A stretch of 32,000 nucleotides of DNA. Source: Vulcanisaeta distributa DSM 14429 (lineage in GTDB: Archaea > Thermoproteota > Thermoprotei > Thermoproteales > Thermocladiaceae). The notes under the pieces were generated by a model. It saw only the letters and a program-made list of their open reading frames with translations, did not search any database and was not told where the DNA came from. Where the stretch lies: the NCBI RefSeq assembly GCF_000148385.1, contig NC_014537.1, forward strand, positions 1,800,001 to 1,832,000, in the 5' to 3' direction. Position 1 is the stretch's first letter; every line of letters begins with the position of its first letter. Positions 7,378-15,588 of the stretch are shown piece by piece. The position numbers were made by a program, and so were the translations under genes.

Positions 7378-7734
7378 ACAACCTCAGTTGATAATAAATG
7401 AATGTAAAAAGATTTCTATTAACATGAAAAAGGATTCAGCCCTAGGATCATTGATAATGAAAACTCTGCATAATCCATTAACAAGCCTGCTATCGTGCTA
7501 CCCAGGCCATACGGAACCCTACGGACAAGCCCTGAGACTTAAATTTCTTGATTCTTGAAATTATTAAATTTCGTTTTTGAAAACTCATGGGCCTTGGGTG
7601 CGGTCTTGACAGTTAAACCTAGTCATTGCCCCTATTATCTTCTTTATTCTCTTAATGTTGTTTTCGTTTAATGTCTCCTCATACATACTTTTCAATACCT
7701 CGCAAACTAACGGCAAATTCGAAGTCTATATAAA

Positions 7735-9087
7735 TCAAGACGAGATAAATAAACACCCAGAGTTAATTACCAAGCGCCCTCTTAACCTAGCGTTAAAGCC
7801 AGCTTTTCTAAGTCTATCCTGGATCGCTACCGCATCCTCTAGCCTACTGCGCTTAATCCTTAACTCAACACGACCAGCATCTTTCACGTGCGTGTTCATC
7901 CATACGCCGCTAATGACCTCAACCATCGACCCACCCAACGGCTTAATCCTCGTTTTAGTTAGCTCGATTAAGTTCCTAAGCTTCTCCGCATCAGGCAGTC
8001 GGCTTAGATCTTCAATCAAAGTCCTAACCCTAGGTTCACTAAGCCAACTCTGAGCTAGAGTGACAGCTCTTGACGAATAGACTTTAATTTCTTTCTTATA
8101 CTTATTATCGTAATCCTTAAAGTTTAAATCCATCATTCTTTTGATGATGACTTTCCACAACTCATACTTTGATTTACCTAATATGAGCATAATTATCTTT
8201 TCCTTGGTGTTGATGCTACCATCACCTAATATTGCGAAGAGCAGAAACATTGTGAATCCATCGTTATTTAACGCGAGTACCTCCTTGGCAATCTTTACTT
8301 TACTCCCGAGCTTATGCCCGATAGCCATTAATTGCCACGTAATCTTCACATCGCTATTTTCATTAATGTTTAAGCTATGTATGCGCATATAATTTTTGCC
8401 AGGCCAAGCCATTAGCCAAGCAATGACCTGCCAGAGGTAGTTTGTGCCCATCACGGGATAGCCTCTTTCATGGATTGAACCATCCGTGAGCATTAAACCA
8501 TACTGCATTGGTCTAAGCAAATCATCAAAGAATCTCGGTATATCTATGTGAATACCTTTAAGGTTATTCAAGGTTAATCTAATTATTATACTACCTGACT
8601 TAGCGGTCCTTTTTACACTAATTGCTAGGTGTTCCGTGTATAGGTGTGCTATGAATGACTTAGCAGCGTTGATCGGATCTCCGCTTATTGCAATCTTCAC
8701 CTCACCGCTTCTTAACTTTTTAATTAATTCCTTAAGCTCTTTTCGATAAATCTTTAGCCAACCCTCCCTTGTTCGATTAACCAATTTAAGCATCTTCATG
8801 CCTATTTTATATACCGCCTTCCTCAACCTAGTAATATCATCATCACCTCTATTAGCCCTTGCCTTGATTTCCAGTAACCAATCACTCAGAGCATTAATCG
8901 CATAATCAAAGGGTGTGTTCTCGTCGTTTAATAACACGTCTCTGTACCTCTCGACTCGCGCTAAAAACTCATTAATTAATTTATTTACCTCCTCAATTAT
9001 TTTAGGGCCTTTGACCTCCTCACCGCATTTAAGTCTCTCCGAGCCCCTTGTCTTTTTACCCCAGCATATTCTTAAGCTGAGAGTCAT
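7735..9087 (-). CDS. free-standing double-motif LAGLIDADG homing-endonuclease-like protein with extra N- and C-terminal domains
   Basis: 450 aa. Motif 1 is MQYGLMLTD202GSI and motif 2 is FLLFAILGD289GSI, 87 residues apart, with both acidic residues present. The N-terminal ~190 aa are helical and charged. The C-terminal ~150 aa are a separate domain (…VELRIKRSRLEDAVAIQDRLRKAGFNARLRG). The coding region is AT-rich. Confidence 0.65.
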   Translation of the reverse strand: MTLSLRICWGKKTRGSERLKCGEEVKGPKIIEEVNKLINEFLARVERYRDVLLNDENTPFDYAINALSDWLLEIKARANRGDDDITRLRKAVYKIGMKMLKLVNRTREGWLKIYRKELKELIKKLRSGEVKIAISGDPINAAKSFIAHLYTEHLAISVKRTAKSGSIIIRLTLNNLKGIHIDIPRFFDDLLRPMQYGLMLTDGSIHERGYPVMGTNYLWQVIAWLMAWPGKNYMRIHSLNINENSDVKITWQLMAIGHKLGSKVKIAKEVLALNNDGFTMFLLFAILGDGSINTKEKIIMLILGKSKYELWKVIIKRMMDLNFKDYDNKYKKEIKVYSSRAVTLAQSWLSEPRVRTLIEDLSRLPDAEKLRNLIELTKTRIKPLGGSMVEVISGVWMNTHVKDAGRVELRIKRSRLEDAVAIQDRLRKAGFNARLRGRLVINSGCLFISS

Positions 9088-9556
9088 GGAAATATCTAAG
9101 TAATACTCACAACGTGATTAATAAGCCACTGATGAACCGGTACTGAATTAATTTAAGTACTTAATTGAAAGAAGCATGGAGTGCTTTAGTATTACCACTT
9201 AGAGGTACTTAATAGATAAATCAGAATAATTAGGAAGGGTAAAAGCACTAAGTAACGAGCCAAAGACCGTTAAGGTGAAGTGTATATGCGGAGATAAGTA
9301 AGCGAGTATGCTGTAACTTTGGACAGAGTAATAAGGTGCTTAATCGAGTTATTTAGCGAGTAATTATGTCATACTGTTACCACAGCACTAATCATTAACG
9401 CCATAAATATTACAAGTACATTAAAGCCGCTAATCCACATAATGAATCCATGAAACCACAGTGCTCTTAATCACCTAAACATTAACACTAAACTTTTTAT
9501 AAATTATAAATTTAATTATTATTATGAGCATATGAGCAAGAGTTAATATTGAATTA

Positions 9557-10027
9557 CTATGGACGAGGCACGGAAGCCAATACGAATGTGCCATGAATAA
9601 AGTTTCCTCGCGCATGGGCGTAGTAGTAGTTGTAGTAGTTAATGTTTAATACATTGCCGAGTGATGAGGTATATCGTGTTAATTTAATTTTGAAGCTAAG
9701 TAAACCGGCGCTTCCCGTGGCTGTGCCGAATACTGACGTTATGAAGAGTAGGGCCTTATTATTAGTGGTGCTGAAGATGGCCATGGAAATCACGAATAGG
9801 GTGGACATTATGATGAGGGCGTCTCTCCTACCTATTAAGTCACCGAGAAATCCAGAGGCAAGTACCAGGGTTGCTGAGGATATTGAGGCAACAAGGAAGT
9901 AGAGGCCGATGAGGGCTGCCGAGAATCCAATAGACTTTAAATACAGTGGTATTACGAAGGTTAAGTAACCAAAGGCCAGGCTCCTAATAGCCCTTGACGC
10001 AATTAGCAATGCAACATCTCTACGCAT
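9557..10027 (-). pseudogene. MFS transporter, 3'-truncated remnant (only about the first 3 TM helices are retained)
   Basis: Residues 1-108 are MFS-like (…LYLKSIGFSAALIGL…ASGFLGDLIGRRDALII…). After about nt 9700 the frame reads through low-complexity non-MFS sequence (NINYYNYYYAHARG) to a stop. A full-length MFS protein is about 380-400 aa. Confidence 0.65.
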
Positions 10028-10064
10028 TTAACATCACTTACGGGGATACTTATTAAAGGAGTGC

Positions 10065-10823
10065 TTAGTCGCATGCTGTGCATTCGCCGCCATCGATTAC
10101 GATCGTGTGCCCGGTTATGAATGATGAGTCATCGCTAAGCAGGAAAACCACTGCCCTAGCCACCTCCTCAGGCTTGCCCAGCCTACCCATGGGTATATAG
10201 TTGATCAATTTCCTAACCTCATCATTACTTAACCAATTAACCCAACCAGTCTCTATACTGCCGAGTACTACGGCATTTACCCTAATCCTAGGCGCCAGTG
10301 AGAGGGCCATGGACTTGGTGAGGGCTATTATACCCGACTTAGCGACCAAGTATGGGATGCCCGTGGTATCGCCAGTCCTTGCTGTTATCGAGGCCACATT
10401 AACTATGGAGCCACCATCCCTCATTAACTCAATACCAAATTTACTGCAGAGGAACGTACCTTTTAAATCGACTGTGATTACCTCCTCAAAATCGCTCCAT
10501 GTTAATTCACGGAGTCTCTTATTCCAGATTGTTGCGGAGCCATGGCCCGCGTTGTTAACCACACCATGTAGTACCCCGTAATCCCTTTCAATTAATTTAA
10601 ACATGGACTTAACCTCGTCCTCTCTGGATACGTCGGCTTTAATCACAGATGCATCAAAGCCACTCCTCCTTAACTCAAGCATTAATTCCTCGGCCTCCTT
10701 GGCTGAGGACCTATAGTTTATTATTACCCTGGCACCCTCCCCAGCAACCGCCCTGGCTATGGCCCTGCCGATACCCCGGGAAGCCCCCGTAACTAGTATA
10801 ACCTTATCCTTGAGCCTACCCAT
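10065..10823 (-). CDS. short-chain dehydrogenase/reductase (3-oxoacyl-ACP reductase-like)
   Basis: Motifs: TGASRGIGRAIA (a TGxxxGIG Rossmann motif), NNAG, and Y..AK (YLVAKSG). 252 aa. Confidence 0.85.
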   Translation of the reverse strand: MGRLKDKVILVTGASRGIGRAIARAVAGEGARVIINYRSSAKEAEELMLELRRSGFDASVIKADVSREDEVKSMFKLIERDYGVLHGVVNNAGHGSATIWNKRLRELTWSDFEEVITVDLKGTFLCSKFGIELMRDGGSIVNVASITARTGDTTGIPYLVAKSGIIALTKSMALSLAPRIRVNAVVLGSIETGWVNWLSNDEVRKLINYIPMGRLGKPEEVARAVVFLLSDDSSFITGHTIVIDGGECTACD

Positions 10824-10868
10824 TATTAATGAATTAACTGCAGCAGTAAAAGGGATTCCTCCCCCTTC

Positions 10869-11675
10869 TCACCTTTCTTGGTTCTTCCCGTACCTATCCT
10901 CTATCACTCTTTTTATCTCATTCAATTTATCAAGAACGCCCTCACGCCGAGCCCTATCAATTAGGTAATCCCAATCCACGTTACTCCACTGCGCGGCTAA
11001 AACCGCCGCGGCCCTTTCGCAGTCAGCGTCTGAAGACCAATAAACGCATGCATTCAGACTCGTAATCACGTTGTCCTCAGGCGACTCAATATAGACGTGC
11101 CCATCACCCACCCTCAACACCTTAACCCTACCCACGTATGTCACACCAACCACGTCTAGGGTTAACACACCAAAATAATCGCTGACCCATACCCTACCCT
11201 CCCTCCTAGCGTTTATGCTTCTTAACTCCTCATGGAGTATATCCATGGCTCTCTTGGAATCCCTGGAGTCAATAATTATATCAACATCCCCAGTCCTATA
11301 AACCCCGCCACTATACAGTTCTGAGGCAAAGCCGCCGACAATGATGATCCTACCCACACCCTCAGACTCAAGCCTATCATTAACCCTCGCAAGGAAATTG
11401 AGCAATGAGTTCCCCTGTCCGCCATCAACCTTGATACTCATTAATACGCAGTCATTATTAACACAATTAATGAGATAGCGGGTGAATAATGACCAGTCAT
11501 TCACGATCAGGTAATCATTGGTAATACGTACATAACCTCTCCCTGCTATGGCACGTGACAGATCAATAATCATCTCAAGTCTCTCCTTAACACGATCCGG
11601 CGGTAACCTACGTACACCCCTTCTACCAAATATTGATCTAACATTACGCATTATGCCACTACTATAGTGAATCAA
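10869..11675 (-). CDS. hypothetical protein with a putative minimal nucleotidyltransferase-fold C-terminal domain
   Basis: IIIVGGFASELYSGGVYRTGDVDIIIDS resembles the GG…(R)TxDxD motif of pol-beta-superfamily NTases. The following ESPEDNVITSLNA helix is typical of that family. The N-terminal ~110 aa are unassigned. Confidence 0.4.
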   Translation of the reverse strand: MIHYSSGIMRNVRSIFGRRGVRRLPPDRVKERLEMIIDLSRAIAGRGYVRITNDYLIVNDWSLFTRYLINCVNNDCVLMSIKVDGGQGNSLLNFLARVNDRLESEGVGRIIIVGGFASELYSGGVYRTGDVDIIIDSRDSKRAMDILHEELRSINARREGRVWVSDYFGVLTLDVVGVTYVGRVKVLRVGDGHVYIESPEDNVITSLNACVYWSSDADCERAAAVLAAQWSNVDWDYLIDRARREGVLDKLNEIKRVIEDRYGKNQER

Positions 11676-11746
11676 GGTGGGTAATAAAGCTGAGTTTCAA
11701 CTAATCATGGAATTACTTATTAAGGGATTATTGATTAGGCGCTATA

Positions 11747-12691
11747 ATGGATGCCGTATTGCTAAGGAGGAACAAAAGAGACCCGAGGGAAATTAGGGCT
11801 TGGTTCAGGGAGAGGTTGTCAAGACCCGGCATTGTTATTGCCCCAGGAGCTTTCGACGCATTTGTTGCCCTAATGATTCAACAACTTGGCTTCGAGGCAC
11901 TCTACGTCTCTGGTGCAGCCTTCAGTAGCTCCCTGGGCCTGCCCGACCTCGGTGTGTTCACGCTAGATGAGTTGGTTAGGTTTACTAAGTATATTACGGA
12001 TGCCGTGGACATACCCGTGATTGTAGATACAGACACGGGTTTTGGGGAAACCCTAAATGTGGTTAGGACGGTTAGGGAGTTCGAATCGATAGGTGCCTCG
12101 GCTATACAAATCGAGGATCAGGAATTACCTAAGAAGTGCGGTCACCTAAGCGGGAAGCACGTAGTACCTGCTGATGAAATGGTTAAGAAGATTAAGGCGG
12201 CTGTTGAGGCAAGGAGGGATGAAAACTTCCTAATAATTGCGAGGACCGATGCCCGAGGTGTTTATGGGCTTGATGAGGCCATTTGGAGGGCGCAGGCATA
12301 TGTGGAGGCTGGCGCTGACATAATATTTCCCGAGGCCCTGGAGAGTAAGGAGGAGTTTGCTAGGTTTGCCAGGGAGGTTAAGGCGCCATTGCTTGCTAAT
12401 ATGACAGAGTTCGGAAAGACTCCGTATATAACGGCTAAGGAGTTTGAGGAGATGGGTTATAAAATCGTGATATTCCCGGTGACAACCTTTAGGGTCGCCA
12501 TGAAAGCCGTTAAGGATGCATTGATTGAGCTTAAGGAGAAGGGTACCCAGAAGGATTTGCTTAATAAGATGATTAGTAGGCAGGAGCAGTACGAGGTTAT
12601 TCATTACTGGGATTATGAGAATTGGGATAAGGATCTGAATGAGAGGGTGAGTAAGGAGTTCGCAGGTAAACTAAGGCTTAAGAAGAATTAA
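11747..12691 (+). CDS. prpB: isocitrate lyase/PEP mutase family enzyme, 2-methylisocitrate lyase-like
   Basis: 314 aa. Motifs: PGAFDAF.A, VIVDTDTGFGE, IQIEDQELPKKCGHLSGKHVVP and IIARTDA. Confidence 0.7.
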   Translation: MDAVLLRRNKRDPREIRAWFRERLSRPGIVIAPGAFDAFVALMIQQLGFEALYVSGAAFSSSLGLPDLGVFTLDELVRFTKYITDAVDIPVIVDTDTGFGETLNVVRTVREFESIGASAIQIEDQELPKKCGHLSGKHVVPADEMVKKIKAAVEARRDENFLIIARTDARGVYGLDEAIWRAQAYVEAGADIIFPEALESKEEFARFAREVKAPLLANMTEFGKTPYITAKEFEEMGYKIVIFPVTTFRVAMKAVKDALIELKEKGTQKDLLNKMISRQEQYEVIHYWDYENWDKDLNERVSKEFAGKLRLKKN

Positions 12692-12746
12692 TACCACGCT
12701 GACATGGTAATGCTAAAATAAGCCCGAGTTAAAATCATGATTTAAT

Positions 12747-14735
12747 ATGTCGAGCTTGGGTATTAAGAGGGTCGCCGTACTGGGCGCCGGTACGATGGGT
12801 CATGGCATAGCCGAGGTATTTGCGATGGCGGGTTTCGAGGTTAACCTCATGGACATATCTGATGAGATCCTTAGGAACGCCCTTAACAGGATTCGGGATA
12901 GTCTCGAAAGATTAAGCAGGAGGGGTGAGCTGAGGGAGAGTGTTGACTTGATAATGCCCAGGATACACACAACCACCAAGGTTGCTGATGCCGTTAAGGA
13001 CGTAGATTTCTTAGTTGAGGCCGTGCCTGAAAACGCCGACTTAAAGAAGAACATATTCAGGGAGGCAGATCAGTATGCGCCACCCCATGCAATATTTGCG
13101 TCTAACACGAGTACCATACCAATAACCGAGTTATCGGAGGCCACGTCACGTAAGGAGAAATTCATTGGGATGCACTTCATGAATCCACCACCGCTCATGA
13201 AGCTCGTGGAGATAACCAGGGGTAGGTACACAAGTGATGAGACTGTCAACATAACCGTTCAATTAACTAGAATACTCAATAAGGAGCCCGTCGTTGTTAA
13301 TAAGGACGTACCTGGGTTCATAGTTAATAGGGTATTGTTTAGGGTCATGCTGGAGGCATGTCGTGAGGTGGTGCAGGAAGGCATTAAGATAATTGACCTA
13401 GACGCCATGGCGAGGAATGTGCTTGGTCTGCCAATGGGTCCCTTTGAACTTCTCGACTACATAGGCCTTGACACAAGTCTCTTCATAGTTAAGGCGATGA
13501 CCGAGAGGGGGTTTAAGGCTCATTCCTGCCCATTGCTTGAGGAATTAGTGAGTAAGGGTAAGCTCGGTGTTAAGTCTGGCGAGGGCTTCTACAAATATCC
13601 AGGCCCTGGTCAGTACGTAAAGCCTAAGGTATTACCTGAACAAGGCCTTGAGCTTGACCCAGTAAGGTTGATGGCCCCGGCCATTAATGAGTTGGCTTGG
13701 CTTGTTAGGGAGGGCGTGGCTACGGTAGATGATATCGATAAGAGCGTGGAGCTTGGCCTTAATTACCCATGGGGATTATCCGAGTTCGCTGATGAGGCTG
13801 GCATTGATAATATTGTCGATGCATTAACGCAACTTAAGGGCGTCAGTGGCTGGGAGGAGTATGAGCCAGACCCATTGCTGACTAACTATGTTAAGGAGGG
13901 TAGGTTAGGTAGAAAGAGTGGTAGGGGTTTCAGGGAGTACCCTGAGGTTGAGTTTAGGAAGTATGAAGAGATAATGCTTAGGATTGATCCGCCAAGTGCT
14001 TGGATAATTCTGAATAAGCCTGATAAATTGAATGTATTAACTCCGAAGATGGCTGACGAGATTGTCAATGCGCTGAGGAGTGTTGAGGATGATCCAAGGG
14101 TCAGGGTTGTGGTTATCACGGGTAGCGGTAGGGCATTCTGTGCGGGTGCTGATATTAATCAATTCCAGAATGCAACGCCAATGCAGATGTTCAAGGCAAT
14201 GAGGCATTACCACTCAATGACTCTGGAGATCGAGTACTACACGAAACCCGTGATAGCGGCGATAAATGGTTACGCCCTTGGTGGTGGCCTGGAGATCGCC
14301 ATGGCATGCGACATTAGGGTTGCCAGTGAGGATGCATTACTCGGCCAGCCCGAGATCAACCTGGGCATAATACCGGGTGCAGGAGGAACGCAGAGGCTGA
14401 CTAGGTTGACGAACCTAGGCATTAGTAAGGAGTTAATACTCACGGGCAAGCAAGTAAGTGCCAAGGCTGCTCTTGAGTACGGCGTCGTTAATAGGGTCGT
14501 GCCAAGGCACGCCCTTGAGTATGAGGTGATGAGGTGGGTTAAGGAACTAGCCTCAAAGCCACCACTAACGCTTATGCTCGCTAAGTACGCAATTAATTAC
14601 GGTTATGAGGCCCCAATATGGAGTGCATTAAGCAATGAGGCCTCATTATTTGGCGTGGCAATATCGACTAAGGATGCACAAGAGGGTGTCAGGGCTTTCC
14701 TAGAGAAAAGAAGGCCAAGGTTTACCGGTGAGTAA
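12747..14735 (+). CDS. bifunctional 3-hydroxyacyl(butyryl)-CoA dehydrogenase / enoyl(crotonyl)-CoA hydratase
   Basis: 662 aa. The N-terminus has the NAD motif VAVLGAGTMGHGIA and 3HCDH segments (ASNTSTI, HFMNPP). The C-terminal ~250 aa are crotonase (GSGRAFCAGADI, INGYALGGGLEIAMACD). The same fusion architecture is used in the archaeal 4-hydroxybutyrate CO2-fixation cycles. Confidence 0.85.
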   Translation: MSSLGIKRVAVLGAGTMGHGIAEVFAMAGFEVNLMDISDEILRNALNRIRDSLERLSRRGELRESVDLIMPRIHTTTKVADAVKDVDFLVEAVPENADLKKNIFREADQYAPPHAIFASNTSTIPITELSEATSRKEKFIGMHFMNPPPLMKLVEITRGRYTSDETVNITVQLTRILNKEPVVVNKDVPGFIVNRVLFRVMLEACREVVQEGIKIIDLDAMARNVLGLPMGPFELLDYIGLDTSLFIVKAMTERGFKAHSCPLLEELVSKGKLGVKSGEGFYKYPGPGQYVKPKVLPEQGLELDPVRLMAPAINELAWLVREGVATVDDIDKSVELGLNYPWGLSEFADEAGIDNIVDALTQLKGVSGWEEYEPDPLLTNYVKEGRLGRKSGRGFREYPEVEFRKYEEIMLRIDPPSAWIILNKPDKLNVLTPKMADEIVNALRSVEDDPRVRVVVITGSGRAFCAGADINQFQNATPMQMFKAMRHYHSMTLEIEYYTKPVIAAINGYALGGGLEIAMACDIRVASEDALLGQPEINLGIIPGAGGTQRLTRLTNLGISKELILTGKQVSAKAALEYGVVNRVVPRHALEYEVMRWVKELASKPPLTLMLAKYAINYGYEAPIWSALSNEASLFGVAISTKDAQEGVRAFLEKRRPRFTGE

Positions 14736-14736
14736 A

Positions 14737-15588
14737 TTACCAAAGCTTAAACTTGGTCGTCCCACCACTTATTAATTCAATCAGTACTATGATTATTATG
14801 GAGATTATTAACGATGCAGATGCATAACCAAGGGCTAAGGGCAGGCCGTAAACCTCGTATGTATACCAAATCAGTATTGGTAATGGATATACATAATTGA
14901 ATAATGGCGGATTAATTACGTAATAGGCTAGGATAACTATTGAACCAAACTCACTAATTGATCTACCCCACGAAAGCAGGAATGAGGATATTAACTCCCT
15001 CCGTGCCATTGGAATGACAACCCTCAAAAAGACACCCCACTGGCTGAGCCCCAGGGTTAAGCCCACATACTCATATACGGGATCAAGCCCATCAAATACC
15101 TGCCTGAGGGCGCCTATGGTTATTGGTGCTGAAACTATGAAGTACGCAGCCACTAAGCCCCATATGGTGTCCACGAATGGTAACCTACGTATTATGGGTA
15201 TTGGGGATATTGGCGATACGAGTATTAAAAGCGACAGACCAACTATCGTGTGAGGTATTGTTAATGGGCTCGTCAGAAGACCCCCAACAATATTGTCGAT
15301 AGGCCTCGGTATCAACCCACGGGATATGGCGTAAGCAGTCGGTAACCCGAGGATTAAGGTTAGTGCCGCGGCTATCATAGCGCCGAGTAGCGTCACCACA
15401 ACGCCCTCTATAAATAACGTACTTGTGAAGGCGCTTATTAAGTATCCATAGCCCTCATACAGTAGTACGACCATTGGCAATAACAGCATTAATGAGATGA
15501 GTATTATAAACGGTGTAAAGGCATGTCTCGAATTATCCAAACGAACCACCTCATTAACCACCGTACTTAAGTAATGAGGAATTGACAA
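14737..15588 (-). CDS. wtpB: ABC transporter permease, molybdate/tungstate (WtpB/ModB-like)
   Basis: 283 aa and polytopic. The EAA-type loop is SWGRSISEFGSIVILAYY. It overlaps the upstream binding-protein gene by 35 nt. Confidence 0.7.
   Translation of the reverse strand: MSIPHYLSTVVNEVVRLDNSRHAFTPFIILISLMLLLPMVVLLYEGYGYLISAFTSTLFIEGVVVTLLGAMIAAALTLILGLPTAYAISRGLIPRPIDNIVGGLLTSPLTIPHTIVGLSLLILVSPISPIPIIRRLPFVDTIWGLVAAYFIVSAPITIGALRQVFDGLDPVYEYVGLTLGLSQWGVFLRVVIPMARRELISSFLLSWGRSISEFGSIVILAYYVINPPLFNYVYPLPILIWYTYEVYGLPLALGYASASLIISIIIIVLIELISGGTTKFKLW

Noticed and set aside
7424-7561. 45-aa + strand ORF downstream of the TnpB-like gene.
   Set aside because: It has no recognisable motif, no SD and an unremarkable composition. 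It more likely lies within the 3' UTR or a possible RNA-scaffold region.
9129-9146. C/D box sRNA candidate (cUGAUGA … CUGA).
   Set aside because: Only 7 nt separate the boxes, whereas ~12 nt of guide is expected. No C'/D pair follows, and the surrounding sequence is AT-rich and unstructured.
9369-9440. 23-aa hydrophobic mini-ORF on the minus strand (MWISGFNVLVIFMALMISAVVTV), a possible type-I-toxin-like peptide or a leftover MFS helix.
   Set aside because: No SD or promoter is at a sensible distance, and no antisense-RNA signature is visible. An ORF of this size in AT-rich DNA is expected by chance.
9088-9556. Possible CRISPR array or tandem repeats in the long AT-rich spacer, based on recurring TAAGTA / AGCGAG words.
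   Set aside because: The words are short, irregularly spaced and degenerate. There is no repeat-spacer periodicity, and no cas genes are in the window.
11747-14735. Treating the lyase plus the fused dehydrogenase/crotonase (and the nearby por genes) as a novel carbon-fixation cluster.
   Set aside because: All are well-known enzyme families with standard architectures for Thermoproteales central metabolism. Nothing in the sequence departs from expectation.
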